From Pseudomonadota bacterium (GTDB lineage: Bacteria > Bdellovibrionota_B > Oligoflexia > Oligoflexales > CAIYRB01): a stretch of DNA of 63,063 bases. The stretch covers positions 1 through 63,063 of the forward strand of contig JANOTL010000039.1 in assembly GCA_031416315.1 (NCBI GenBank), read 5' to 3'. The notes beneath the pieces are model-generated. The model had not been told where the DNA came from. It did not search any database and worked only from the letters and a program-made list of their open reading frames with translations. Shown one piece after another: positions 18,335 to 27,976 of this stretch (position 1 is the first letter of the stretch; each line of letters begins with the position of its first letter). A program made the translations under genes and the position numbers.

Positions 18335-19042
18335 GTGCTTTCCGTCAGCGACATCCACGTTCATTACGGCGCCATCCACGCGTTGAAAGGCGTCTCCATC
18401 GACGTTCCCGAAGGGAGCATCGTGACGCTCATCGGCGCCAACGGCGCCGGCAAGTCGACGACCCTGCGCACGCTCTCGGGGCTCCTCAAGCCGACGACCG
18501 GCGCCGTCAAATTCTGCGGCAAGGACATCGCCAACGAGGCGGCGCACAAGATCGTCGCGCAGGGCTTGGCGCAATGTCCGGAAGGCCGCCGCGTCTTTCC
18601 GCGGCTCACCGTCCACGAAAACCTCGAGCTCGGCGCTTACCTGCGCAAGGACAAGGACGGGATCAAGAAGGATCTGGAGCAAGTCTTCGAGCTGTTTCCG
18701 CGGCTGCGCGAGCGGATCAAGCAGGCGGCCGGGACGCTTTCCGGCGGCGAGCAACAGATGCTCGCGATCGGGCGCGCCTTCATGACGAAGCCTAAGCTCC
18801 TGATGCTCGACGAGCCCAGCTTGGGCATCGCGCCGATCTTGGTGCAGGAGATCTTCCGCACCATCAAGATGATCAACGAGACCACGAAGATGACGATCCT
18901 GCTCGTCGAGCAGAACGCGAACATGGCGCTGAAGCTGGCTCACCATGCTTACGTTCTGGAGACGGGCAAGGTCGTGCTGCACGGCAAGGCCGCGGACCTT
19001 CTCGCGGACGAACGGGTGAAGTCGGCTTATCTCGGTCACTGA
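18335..19042 (+). CDS. livF: Branched-chain amino acid ABC ATPase
   Basis: GANGAGKST, PEGRRVF, LSGGEQQMLA, VEQNA. Confidence 0.93.
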   Translation: MLSVSDIHVHYGAIHALKGVSIDVPEGSIVTLIGANGAGKSTTLRTLSGLLKPTTGAVKFCGKDIANEAAHKIVAQGLAQCPEGRRVFPRLTVHENLELGAYLRKDKDGIKKDLEQVFELFPRLRERIKQAAGTLSGGEQQMLAIGRAFMTKPKLLMLDEPSLGIAPILVQEIFRTIKMINETTKMTILLVEQNANMALKLAHHAYVLETGKVVLHGKAADLLADERVKSAYLGH

Positions 19043-19043
19043 A

Positions 19044-19733
19044 ATGGAGTCTCGCATGCGCGCCCCTGCAGCAGTTTTGATGATGGCCTCCGCTCTCCTG
19101 TTCCCGCTCCGCGCCATGGCCCAAGACGAGGCGGCTCCGGCCGCGGCCGAAGGCGCCACCGGCGAAGCGGCTGGCGCGCCCCCGGCCGTGGCGACGGCGA
19201 CGACGACCATGGACGTGAAGCAACCGGTTCATTACCCGAGCTGGAGCTACGCCTTCGACCTGCGCGCCGCGACCATGGCGACGAAGTTCACGCCCCTCCT
19301 CGCGGCCCACTGGAACAAGATCTTTCGCTCCACGGACACCGAGATCGGCCTCGCCGGCGCCGGGATGCCGCAGACGGTGAAGGTCGAGGACGATGACGGC
19401 AAGCGCGAGTTCGTCCAATACTCCTACGGCGTCGACGTCGCGCAGGCTTTCCTCACCAACGACGACTACCGCGCGGGCGCCGGCCTGGTGCTCGGCCAAG
19501 GCGTCGGCTTCGTGCGCACCACGCCGAAGACCGGCAAGAGCCGTTTCAAGGGCGTCGCCTACAAGTTGATCGAGCCCAGCGTTTATTTCACCTTCTTCTC
19601 CTGGCGCAGCCTGGACATCGGCGTGTCGGCCTCGATGCGGATCGCGCTCGCGAACGAAGCCGCGGACCTTAAGACGAAAGACGTGAGCTCGGTGACCTTC
19701 GGCGCGACGTTCCGCGAGCGTCGCTCGCACTAG
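19044..19733 (+). CDS. Secreted, probable outer-membrane beta-barrel protein
   Basis: Signal peptide ending AMA-Q; alternating amphipathic beta-strand pattern; start could be 19056. Confidence 0.55.
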   Translation: MESRMRAPAAVLMMASALLFPLRAMAQDEAAPAAAEGATGEAAGAPPAVATATTTMDVKQPVHYPSWSYAFDLRAATMATKFTPLLAAHWNKIFRSTDTEIGLAGAGMPQTVKVEDDDGKREFVQYSYGVDVAQAFLTNDDYRAGAGLVLGQGVGFVRTTPKTGKSRFKGVAYKLIEPSVYFTFFSWRSLDIGVSASMRIALANEAADLKTKDVSSVTFGATFRERRSH

Positions 19734-19778
19734 TCCAGCGCTTCAGACAGGTCCTTGACGCACTCGGCGGAGGTACTG

Positions 19779-20732
19779 ATGCGCACGGGAATTCTCGACT
19801 TGCCGCGGCTGATCACCGGAGGTACCGCGCCTGAGGGCTCGGCACCGATCCTGACCTTGGCGCAGGCGACGCGGCCGCGCTTGGCGGAGCTCACGCGGGC
19901 GCACGGGGTGGACGCGGCGACGACGGCTTTGTTCCGGGCGCTGGCGAACGACGGCGACCAGCGCGCGTTCCTGGCGGAGCTAGAGGCGCTGGCGGCGCAA
20001 AAGGCGCGGCCCCGGTTCCCGCGCGACGTGCGGCTCGTCGTCGTTCCGGGCGCATTCTACCGCGAATTTCCGCGTTACGGCTCGGGCGGCGAGGCGTTTC
20101 TCGAGGCGGCGCTCGGTTCGGGCCTGATGGCGGAGCGCGTGCCGTTGGCGAGCCTCGGGCGTCTGGAAAATGCGGTCGAGCGCATCGAGGCGTTCTTCGC
20201 CGAGTCGCGCGGCAAGACGCGCGACGTGATCGTCACGGTGTCGATGGGGGGCCTCGCGTTTCGCCGCGCGGTGGAGCGGCGCCCGCAGCTTTTCACCGGC
20301 GCCTTGGGTTGGATCAACGTCGCCGGCTTGCTTGCTGGCTCCGCGGCTGCAGACCACATCTTGGCGTCGCCGTGGCGACGCACGTTGCTGCGGAGCTATC
20401 TGCGCTGGAGGGGCGGGGCGGCGCAGATCATCGAGGATCTCTGTTGGCAGCCCGAAGCCGGGCCTTTCCGGGTGCCGGCGGGCTTGCCGGTGGTGAGCTG
20501 CGTCGGGTTGCCGCTCGCGCGGCACGTGGCGTCGCGCCGGAATTTGGCTGCGCGACATCGCGCGCTCGCGGCGCACGGGCCGAACGACGGCGCGACCTTG
20601 CTCGCCGACACGATCGTGCGGCCGGGTCTCGTCCTGCCGCTATGGGGCGCGGACCACTATTTTCAGACCTTCGATCGCGTCGCCTCGGCGGTCGATCAGT
20701 TGCTCAGGTATGCGGCGCATCGTTGGATGTGA
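19779..20732 (+). CDS. Alpha/beta hydrolase (lipase-like)
   Basis: SD GGAGG before ATG 19779; VVVPG oxyanion region, TVSMGG nucleophile, PNDG, ADH. Confidence 0.65.
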   Translation: MRTGILDLPRLITGGTAPEGSAPILTLAQATRPRLAELTRAHGVDAATTALFRALANDGDQRAFLAELEALAAQKARPRFPRDVRLVVVPGAFYREFPRYGSGGEAFLEAALGSGLMAERVPLASLGRLENAVERIEAFFAESRGKTRDVIVTVSMGGLAFRRAVERRPQLFTGALGWINVAGLLAGSAAADHILASPWRRTLLRSYLRWRGGAAQIIEDLCWQPEAGPFRVPAGLPVVSCVGLPLARHVASRRNLAARHRALAAHGPNDGATLLADTIVRPGLVLPLWGADHYFQTFDRVASAVDQLLRYAAHRWM

Positions 20733-21639
20733 CGAAGAGGCCGGCCTCCGACTCGTCCTCCGACGGCAGCATCTCGACCAGGTCGGCGAGCGCGAGCTCG
20801 ACCCAGCCTTTGCCTTGCGGCGTCGTCATCGGCAGCGCGATCTTCGGGGACGCGACCATCGGTGGGATGGCGAGGCTTTGGCCTTCGAGGACGAAGGGGA
20901 TGCCCAGGACGAGGAAAAACTGCTTCAGGCGGAGCTTTTCTTTCAGCTTGCCGGCGATCTGATTGGTGAGCTCGCCGACCATGCTGCGGTACAGCGCGTC
21001 GTCGACGGCGCCGGGCATGCCGGCGAAGAGGCGCGCCGCGAGGTAGGCGACGAAGCCGGGCTCGCAGCTGACGTCGAGGGAGCCGTGCGCGCGGCGGCCG
21101 AAAAGGGGCATCAGGGCGCTGATGCGGCCGGGAAGGACCTTCGCGCGCTGCACGAAGGGCTCCTCGAGGGTGATCGAGCCGTCGCCGTAGTACGTGCAGA
21201 CGTCTTTCACCGATTCCTTGAAGGCGTGGAGGATGAAGGGCTCGTAGGCGAGCTTCTGCGCGGGAAAGGCCAGGCGGCGGTGGAGCGCGCGGCGTATCTC
21301 TTTCAGCTCGAAGGGCTTGGCGATGACGTCGACCATGCCGAAGCGCGCGAGGCGGCTCATGACGCCGCTGGTCAAGCGGCCGGAGATGACGAGGATCGGC
21401 GTGTTGGCGTTGACCAGGCTCTTCTTGACGTGGCCGACGAGCTCGACGCCGTCGAGCTGCGGCATGTTGATGTCGGTGATGATGGCTTCGTAGTGCTGGC
21501 TCGTCGCGAGGCGCAGGCCCGCCAGGCCGTCGTGCGCCATCTCCGTCTCGTAGCCGTCGCGCGTCAGCACGGTGGAGAGGATGCGCGCGATCTCCTCGTC
21601 GTCGTCGATGATCAGGATTTTCGGCAGCTTGTCGTTCAT
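20704..21639 (-). CDS. Response regulator receiver fused to CheX-like phosphatase domain
   Basis: ILIIDDD, IITDINMPQLDG, IAKPF; CheX motif GELTNQIAG. Confidence 0.85.
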   Translation of the reverse strand: MNDKLPKILIIDDDEEIARILSTVLTRDGYETEMAHDGLAGLRLATSQHYEAIITDINMPQLDGVELVGHVKKSLVNANTPILVISGRLTSGVMSRLARFGMVDVIAKPFELKEIRRALHRRLAFPAQKLAYEPFILHAFKESVKDVCTYYGDGSITLEEPFVQRAKVLPGRISALMPLFGRRAHGSLDVSCEPGFVAYLAARLFAGMPGAVDDALYRSMVGELTNQIAGKLKEKLRLKQFFLVLGIPFVLEGQSLAIPPMVASPKIALPMTTPQGKGWVELALADLVEMLPSEDESEAGLFVTSNDAPHT

Positions 21640-22133
21640 CCTGAAGACCGAGCCTGGTGGAACGCAAAGCTGAAGAAATCATCGTCCGCGTTGCTCGGCT
21701 CCGTCACCGCGCCACACTTAGGACACTTTTGCGGCGCAAGCAGCGCCAGGTCGGCCGAGAAATCCGCTTTCGGGATCAAGACGTTCGTGGCGTGGCGGCA
21801 GGACGGGCAGGCGACGGGGAGGAACACGGACTCGACGCTGGTTTTTGCGTGGAATGCGGGGAGCATGTTCATCTGGCTGACGACGACGGCCGAGCACTCC
21901 TCGAAGCTTACGACGCGATTCTTGACGAAGTCGCGGATGAACATGACCCATGAGCGTAGGCCGCTGCTGTTGACGTATACGACGTCACGGAAACCGAAGA
22001 CGACGGTTTGCGGGGCGGAGGCGGCGATGCCTTGGAGGGCCGGCGTGACGTTTTCGTCGATCGGGCCGTCGAGGCGGTAGACCGTGGCGCCTGCGCGCGT
22101 CTCCGTGCGCACCTGGATTTTCTTCGGGGGCAT
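21636..22133 (-). CDS. STAS/anti-anti-sigma-like protein with C-terminal Zn ribbon
   Basis: LDGPIDE, YVNSSGLRSW, CPSC...CPKCG; 4-nt overlap with the REC-CheX gene. Confidence 0.8.
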   Translation of the reverse strand: MPPKKIQVRTETRAGATVYRLDGPIDENVTPALQGIAASAPQTVVFGFRDVVYVNSSGLRSWVMFIRDFVKNRVVSFEECSAVVVSQMNMLPAFHAKTSVESVFLPVACPSCRHATNVLIPKADFSADLALLAPQKCPKCGAVTEPSNADDDFFSFAFHQARSSG

Positions 22134-22165
22134 CGCGTCTCCTTCCCCCGAAGTTTAACAGGAAA

Positions 22166-23173
22166 TCAGTGCGTCTTCGATGCCGGCGGCGCGGAACCGG
22201 CCTTGCGGATGAACGCGGCGACGCCGGGGACGTGCGGCGGCTTCAAGAGCCCGCCATGGTCCGCGGCGGGCAAGACCTCGTGGACGCCCTGGGCCGCAGC
22301 GCGCGCGACCTCGCCGTGCAGTCTCTGGACGATGGCGATATCTGCGGTCGGCGGCGTCCCGGCGCTCAGGATCGCCAGGGTCGCGGTCGGGGGAAATGGC
22401 GCGAAGCGCGTCAGCTCGAACGAGGAAAAGACGGCCTGGCCTTCGCTCGCCGCGGCGCGCCAGTGATCGCCGCGCAGATCAACGGCGAGCCCTGCGTCCA
22501 GCGTGGGGTCGCGCCCACGAATGAACGACTTCAGCCGCCGCAGGCCGAGGTAGGAGAGCACCATGTTCCGCGGCGCCTGCTTGAACATGAAGTCCTGATC
22601 GGAGCCGGAGGTCGCGGTGGAGACGAGGCTCCACTCGTTCTCCGTCAAGGGATCGAGAAGGACGACGGCGCGCACCAGATCGGGATGCTGCTGCGCGAAA
22701 ACCCGCGCATAGAGCCCCGAGATCGAGTGCGCGACCAGTACGTAAGGCGGCCGTACCTGCGCCGCGGTCAACATCGACGCCAGCTCGTCCGCGACGGCAC
22801 GCGCATCCCGAGGCTTCCCGGAATAGCGGGGCGGATCCGACAGACCGGTGCCGGCGCGGTCGTACGACAGGGTCGTGACGTCGCGGGCAAGCTCGCGCTG
22901 CAAGTCGACGAACGCCTCGAGGCTCCCGGCGAGGCCGCTCATCATGATGTACGCCGGTTCGCCGGGGGCCTGCGCCGGCCCCTGACGGTCCACTCTCAGG
23001 CGCAGGTGATCCGGCAAGACGATCCAACGCTCGGGGTCCTCGAAGGGCGCGAGGGCGCTACGGTCGCGGATCTCTAGCCGCCATTCCACGAGCAAAGCGA
23101 CGAGCATCCCCGCCGTAGCGAAGCCCGCGCCGCCGAGCGCCCAGCTCACGAGCTTGTGACCGAAAGCCTCCAA
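22166..23173 (-). CDS. Membrane-anchored alpha/beta hydrolase
   Basis: YDRAGTGLSD, PPYVLVAHSISG, VVLLDP, ADH. Confidence 0.85.
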   Translation of the reverse strand: MEAFGHKLVSWALGGAGFATAGMLVALLVEWRLEIRDRSALAPFEDPERWIVLPDHLRLRVDRQGPAQAPGEPAYIMMSGLAGSLEAFVDLQRELARDVTTLSYDRAGTGLSDPPRYSGKPRDARAVADELASMLTAAQVRPPYVLVAHSISGLYARVFAQQHPDLVRAVVLLDPLTENEWSLVSTATSGSDQDFMFKQAPRNMVLSYLGLRRLKSFIRGRDPTLDAGLAVDLRGDHWRAAASEGQAVFSSFELTRFAPFPPTATLAILSAGTPPTADIAIVQRLHGEVARAAAQGVHEVLPAADHGGLLKPPHVPGVAAFIRKAGSAPPASKTH

Positions 23174-23300
23174 CGCCTTGACCCTCAGGGGTTTCCGGAT
23201 GAGTGCCGGCGCGCTCCCTTATCATGCGGCGCCAGCCGGCGGAAGCCCCTCGGGCCTGGAGACCTCTAAGTCTTGGAAAACCCTCGCATGAAATCGACCC

Positions 23301-23714
23301 TCACGGCGCCACCAACGCGCCGGTCGGCCCGTCCGACTGCGCCGCCTGGTCTTCCTTCAGCGAGCAATAATGGGCCGAGCTCTTGCCGTCGCGGTAGCTG
23401 CAGTAGCAGCGAAGGTGAGCCTTGCCCTTGAAGGTCTTGCTCGCGCCGTCACCTTTCATCGTGGCGAGCATCTCGCCGGCCGTCTTGCCGGAGACGGAAA
23501 GCAGCTCTTTCCCCTTCTCGCCGGAGATCTTGCAGCTGACGAGCTTTTGCGTCGTCTCGCAGCGCAGCTCCAGCTCCCCTGCGATCGTCTTCTCGCCGCT
23601 GGCCGGGTCTTTCGACTCCTTCACGTCGAGCTTGTCGTAGACTTCCTTCGCGGCGTCGTCGGTGAGCATGAAGATCGGCACGGCGATGTTCGCTGCCAGG
23701 ATCAGGGACAGCAT
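23301..23714 (-). CDS. Small secreted hypothetical protein
   Basis: Hydrophobic N-terminus, several Cys, Lys-rich composition consistent with a real gene. Confidence 0.6.
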   Translation of the reverse strand: MLSLILAANIAVPIFMLTDDAAKEVYDKLDVKESKDPASGEKTIAGELELRCETTQKLVSCKISGEKGKELLSVSGKTAGEMLATMKGDGASKTFKGKAHLRCYCSYRDGKSSAHYCSLKEDQAAQSDGPTGALVAP

Positions 23715-23757
23715 GGGTCAATCCTTTCGAACGTTCTGGGGCTGCTTCCCTATCAAA

Positions 23758-25575
23758 TCAGAAGATCGGGCGTCCCAGGCAATCCGCGGGCGGCGTGAGG
23801 CCCATCATCTTGCTGAAGGTCGGCGCGGCGTCGATGAGGCGACCCTCGGCGACGTGGCCGCGGCGCGCGCCCGGGCCCTTGAGGAAGAGGGTGGTGCGCA
23901 TCGAGGGCGTCGTCGCGGGGTCGTGGCCGTGCATGCCGAGCGCCGGCGGATCGAGGAAGATGCCCTCGGTGAGCGGCGCGTAGGTGTACCAGTAGCCCGT
24001 ACCGCTCGTGAAGACCCAGAGCGCTTCGCCGAATTGCCACTCCTTCGTCCAATCGCTCTCAGTGCCCGGCGCGGCGAAATCGGGTCGATGGAAAGCCTTG
24101 CCGCCGATCGCGGCGCCGCCGTTCGTCGTCACCTCGAGGGTCGCCTTCAACTGCGCGCCGACGGCGTCGGCGATCTGCGCTCTCTCCTCGGGACTCGTCT
24201 CGCCGGTTTGCGCCGGGTAAATCATCGTCATCGCGCCGCTCGACACGATCTCGACTTTGCCGACGTGGTCGGCCGGCAGGAGCTTGCCGAGGTTCACCTG
24301 CTTCTGGATCGCGTCCATGCCGTGGTCACCCATCAGGGCGATCGCGTCGCGGGAATTCAGCTTCGACAGGAGGCGCGACAAGTTGCGGTCGACTTTTTGG
24401 AAGGCCCACACGAAGGCTTTGGTGATCTCGTCCGTCGCGGTCGGATCGAAGGGGCGCGGCAAGGCGGCCTGGTGGCTGTGGCCGAGGGAGTCGATCAGCG
24501 GGTTGTAATAGAAGACGACGTCGATCGCGAGGAGGTCGACGAAACGGTCGGCGACCGTGGTCAGGTGATCCTCGATCATGGACAGCGCTTCGGCCGACTC
24601 GGCGACCGAGAGCTTCTTCGATTTGACGCCGTAATCCGGCCAAACGAGGTTCGCGTCGTCCAGCTGCTGGCGGAAGCTCGCGGGATGCGCGTTGTTGTAA
24701 GAGGCGCGCGAGACGTAGAGCGAGACGGAGCCGGCGTCCGCCGGCAGGACGCGGAAGTAGGCGCGCCGCTTCACGCCCTTGAGCGTCGAGGTCTCGTCGG
24801 CCTCGACGAAGAAGGCGTCGACGGTCGCCGTCTTGGGCAAGGTGCCGCCGAGCTCGCCGAGCCAGCCGTTGGTCAGGTCCTTGTCGGCGTCGAAGAAAAA
24901 GGCCGGCGGCGTCGCGCTCGCGTCGATCAGGACGTTGACCGCGCGCGTCTCCGTGGTCTTCGCGTTGAGCTTGATGGTGACGACGGCCTCGCGTAGGTCG
25001 GCCGCGGGGTCCGAGCCGCCGCCCGAATGGGTCCAGCCGCTGGCGACCGCGAGGTCTGCGAGCTTCCAGTCGAGCGTCTGGTTCGGCGCGGTCAAAGAGT
25101 CGCTCGGGTAAGCCAGCGAGTAGTCCGCGGTGCGGTTGTCGGTCTTCGCGTCGGCGCCGACGTAAGCGAGAACCAGGGTCTTTTTGCCTTGGCGCATCGC
25201 GGAGCGCCAGAGCGGCTCGGCCGTAAACGGATAGTCGTAGCCCGAGACCCGCGCGCCGTCGCGGAGGAATCCGTTGGCGACGATGCCGTGCCGCGAGGGC
25301 ACCGAGCAGGTCACGGTCGAGACGTGGCTCGCGGCGGTCAGCGTGGCGGCCGGCGTGGCCCGGTCGACGACGAGGCCCTGGCGGTGGAGCCAGCCCAAGC
25401 CGCGGGCGGCCGAAAGGTAGCCCTTTTGGTCCAGGGTCTCCAGCAGGTCCGGCTGCAGGCCGTCGATGGAGATGAAGAAGCCGCGCTGTCTTTCCGGCAG
25501 CTGGCCGGCCTCGGCGACGGTCGCCGCGGCGAGTCCCACGGCGGTGAAAAACAAAATTTTGTTTGCAAAGCGCAT
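23758..25575 (-). CDS. Alkaline phosphatase superfamily nucleotide pyrophosphatase/phosphodiesterase
   Basis: Signal peptide from ATG 25575; ISIDGL, TLTAASH, HGIVAN, IDSLGH, GDHGM, GMHG. Confidence 0.88.
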   Translation of the reverse strand: MRFANKILFFTAVGLAAATVAEAGQLPERQRGFFISIDGLQPDLLETLDQKGYLSAARGLGWLHRQGLVVDRATPAATLTAASHVSTVTCSVPSRHGIVANGFLRDGARVSGYDYPFTAEPLWRSAMRQGKKTLVLAYVGADAKTDNRTADYSLAYPSDSLTAPNQTLDWKLADLAVASGWTHSGGGSDPAADLREAVVTIKLNAKTTETRAVNVLIDASATPPAFFFDADKDLTNGWLGELGGTLPKTATVDAFFVEADETSTLKGVKRRAYFRVLPADAGSVSLYVSRASYNNAHPASFRQQLDDANLVWPDYGVKSKKLSVAESAEALSMIEDHLTTVADRFVDLLAIDVVFYYNPLIDSLGHSHQAALPRPFDPTATDEITKAFVWAFQKVDRNLSRLLSKLNSRDAIALMGDHGMDAIQKQVNLGKLLPADHVGKVEIVSSGAMTMIYPAQTGETSPEERAQIADAVGAQLKATLEVTTNGGAAIGGKAFHRPDFAAPGTESDWTKEWQFGEALWVFTSGTGYWYTYAPLTEGIFLDPPALGMHGHDPATTPSMRTTLFLKGPGARRGHVAEGRLIDAAPTFSKMMGLTPPADCLGRPIF

Positions 25576-25675
25576 GACGGGACCTCTGGGTCGTAGGAGC
25601 GGGATGGAGATCCCTTCCTTTAACGAACCGGTCCCAGGCGCGCAAGGCGGCATTCAGCGCGTCGAGTCGACGCGG

Positions 25676-26341
25676 TCAGAAGAGGCCTTCGAAAGTCGGC
25701 TTCTGACAGTCCGTCGCGTCCTCGACGCCGGCCGCGGGCGCCTCCTTCGTGACGGTCGTGCGGTACACGGCCTGCTGGTCGAAGCGCACGAAATGAAAGC
25801 GAGTCTTGCCTTCGGGATCGACCGAGCAGTGGTAGAGGCGCAGGCCGGCCTCGTCGACGAAGGTTTTGAAGCGGGTCTCGAGCGCGGCGGCGGTCTCGGG
25901 GAATCGTTTCGTGATCTGTTCGCGCGTGCAACACCAGGGCACGAGCGCTCCGCCGCAGCTCGGCGCGCCGTTCGTGCCGGTGACGGCGACCCAGGACGTG
26001 TTGGCGTTGGCGCAGGCGTCGAAGCTCGCCTTGAACTCGGTCTTCTTCGCGTCGGGAAGCGAGCCGGGCTTCGGTTCCGGAACGCCCGGGGCCGGTCCGG
26101 CCGGGGACGGTGCGTCACCGGACGATTCCTCGAGCTCCGGCTCGGGATCCGGCTCTGGCTCCGGCTCCGGCGTTATCTCTTCTTCTTTTTCGTCGTCGTC
26201 ATCGTCGGCCTTGGGCGCCGGCTTCTCGGCCGCCTTCTTGGTCTCGCGCGGAGGCTCCTCCTCAGCGCAGGCGAGGACCAGGACGAGGCTCGCGACGAGC
26301 CCCAGACAGAGGCGGCGGACTTCTTTGAGGCTGGGCATCAT
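25676..26341 (-). CDS. Lipoprotein with acidic/Pro-Glu linker and Cys-rich C-terminal domain
   Basis: Lipobox VLAC; DDDDE-EPEPEP linker; WCC motif. Confidence 0.7.
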   Translation of the reverse strand: MMPSLKEVRRLCLGLVASLVLVLACAEEEPPRETKKAAEKPAPKADDDDDEKEEEITPEPEPEPDPEPELEESSGDAPSPAGPAPGVPEPKPGSLPDAKKTEFKASFDACANANTSWVAVTGTNGAPSCGGALVPWCCTREQITKRFPETAAALETRFKTFVDEAGLRLYHCSVDPEGKTRFHFVRFDQQAVYRTTVTKEAPAAGVEDATDCQKPTFEGLF

Positions 26342-26349
26342 ATCCCTTC

Positions 26350-26377
26350 CGTTCGGCGTCCCGCGGCGCAATATTGA
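26350..26377 (-). promoter_or_regulatory. sigma28/FliA-like promoter
   Basis: Minus strand TCAAT-N15-GCCGAACG, 8 nt before ATG 26341. Confidence 0.45.
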
Positions 26378-26393
26378 GGGGAACGAGGAAACC

Positions 26394-27146
26394 ATGGCCA
26401 AGACCGCTGAAAACCCCTATCCGATCGTGATCTTCGCCGACGGTGCCTGCTCCGGGAATCCAGGCCCCGGCGGCTGGGGGACGATCGTCGCGACGCCCGA
26501 CGGCAAGGTCCTCGAGCTCGGCGGCTCGGACCGCGAGACGACCAACAACCGCATGGAGCTCCTCGCCGTGATCCGCGGCCTGGGCGCGATCCGCGAGATT
26601 CCCGGCCTGGCGGCCGTCTACACCGACTCGACGTACGTCATCCGCGGCGTGACGCAATGGATCTTCGGCTGGCGGGCGCGCGGCTGGAAGACGGCGGAGG
26701 GCAAAGACGTCTCAAACCGCGAGCTCTTCGAGGAGCTTTTGCGCCTCGCGACGGAAAGGAAGCATCTCGGCGGTCTTGACTGGCATTACGTCCGCGGCCA
26801 CTCCGGCATCGCGGGCAACGAGCGCGTCGACGAGATCGCGCAGGCCCATTCGAAGAATAAAATGCCGGCGCTTTATCGTGGGCCCTTGCTAGGCTATCCG
26901 GTCGCGATCCACGACATCCCGGAGAACACCGAGCTGCCGCCGATGAAGGACAAGGTCGAGGCGAAAGCGGCTGCGCACTCGTATCTCAGCATCGTCTCCG
27001 GCGTCGCACAGCGGCATCGCACTTGGGCCGAATGCGAAAAGCGGGTGAAGGGCGTCTCGGGCGCGAAGTTCAAAAAGGCGATGACCGCCTCCGACGAGGC
27101 GCAAATTCTCTCCGGGTGGGGCGTGGATCCGGCGAAGGTGCGGTAG
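26394..27146 (+). CDS. rnhA: Ribonuclease HI with C-terminal viroplasmin/hybrid-binding-like domain
   Basis: FADGACSGNPGPGGWG, TTNNRMEL, YTDSTYV, VRGHSGIAGNERVD; tail TWAECEKRVKGVSGAKFKK. Confidence 0.92.
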   Translation: MAKTAENPYPIVIFADGACSGNPGPGGWGTIVATPDGKVLELGGSDRETTNNRMELLAVIRGLGAIREIPGLAAVYTDSTYVIRGVTQWIFGWRARGWKTAEGKDVSNRELFEELLRLATERKHLGGLDWHYVRGHSGIAGNERVDEIAQAHSKNKMPALYRGPLLGYPVAIHDIPENTELPPMKDKVEAKAAAHSYLSIVSGVAQRHRTWAECEKRVKGVSGAKFKKAMTASDEAQILSGWGVDPAKVR

Positions 27147-27272
27147 ATCTCCGCGCTAGACTTCGTCCGCGTCGACGTAGACTTGTGCCTATGCGTATCG
27201 CTTGTGCGTGCTCGTGATCTCTCACGTGAGGCGATGTTCTCGCGAGCGCGGATTCTGGGCGATGCGACGACG

Positions 27273-27920
27273 TCACTGTTGAAACGCCTTCCAAGCCTCT
27301 GCCGCCCCCGCGAGCACGAACTGCACGCCGACGGCGGTCAGGACGATGCCCATGATCCGCGACACCAGGTTCAAGCCCGTCCGACCCATGATGCGAAACA
27401 GTCGAGGGCTGAATTTCAAGATCAAATAGGTCGCGGCGAAGCAGGCGACGATCGCGGCGAGCAGCTCCGCCCGCCGCAGCGGCGACTCGCTGGCGGTCGA
27501 CAGGAGGATCACCGAGGAGATCGCGCCGGGTCCGGCGAGGAGCGGCGTGGCGAGCGGAAAGACTGACACGTCGTCGCGCGCCAAGCTCTCCGACTCCTCG
27601 GCGTTGGTGACCTTCTCACGGGGCGCATTGAGCTGCGTGACGCCTAGAATGAGCAGCAGGATTCCGCCCGCGATGCGGAACGCCGGCATCGTGACGCCGA
27701 ACAGCTCGAAGAAGCTCATCCCCGTCAGCGCGAAAGCGCATAGCATGCCCAGCGCGATCAACGTCGCCTTGCGCCGCACGTGCTTTTGGTCGGCCTCGGA
27801 GAAACGCTCGGTCAAAGTCAGATAAATGGGCACCAGCGCGAACGGGTCGACGATGAAGAAAATCGTCACGAAAGCGCCAGTGAAATAAGCCCATTCGGCC
27901 GCGAGGCTACGCATGTCCAT
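27273..27920 (-). CDS. MarC family membrane protein
   Basis: IVDPF, FRIAGGILL, VFPLATPLLAGPGAI, RIMGIVL. Confidence 0.92.
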   Translation of the reverse strand: MDMRSLAAEWAYFTGAFVTIFFIVDPFALVPIYLTLTERFSEADQKHVRRKATLIALGMLCAFALTGMSFFELFGVTMPAFRIAGGILLLILGVTQLNAPREKVTNAEESESLARDDVSVFPLATPLLAGPGAISSVILLSTASESPLRRAELLAAIVACFAATYLILKFSPRLFRIMGRTGLNLVSRIMGIVLTAVGVQFVLAGAAEAWKAFQQ

Positions 27921-27942
27921 GGCCGGATCTTAGCAAGAATCC

Positions 27943-27970
27943 TCTGGATTGTCGCCCGATTGGCCGATAG
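27943..27970 (+). promoter_or_regulatory. sigma28/FliA-like promoter
   Basis: TCTGG-N15-GCCGATAG, 6 nt before ATG 27977. Confidence 0.55.
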
Positions 27971-27976
27971 AGGGGC

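Noticed and set aside
17639..22080. Long ORFs 17639-19210 (-) and 20710-22080 (+)
   Set aside because: Antisense to livG/livF and to REC-CheX/STAS, which carry clear motifs.
23187..23251. Imperfect inverted repeat AGGGGTTTCCG / CGGAAGCCCCT as a riboswitch or sRNA
   Set aside because: No recognisable aptamer motif; the pairing is plausible by chance in GC-rich DNA.
27147..27272. Intergenic segment between rnhA and marC as a repeat or ncRNA
   Set aside because: Only an 8-bp inverted match (TCCGCGCT/AGCGCGGA) and no second copy in the window.
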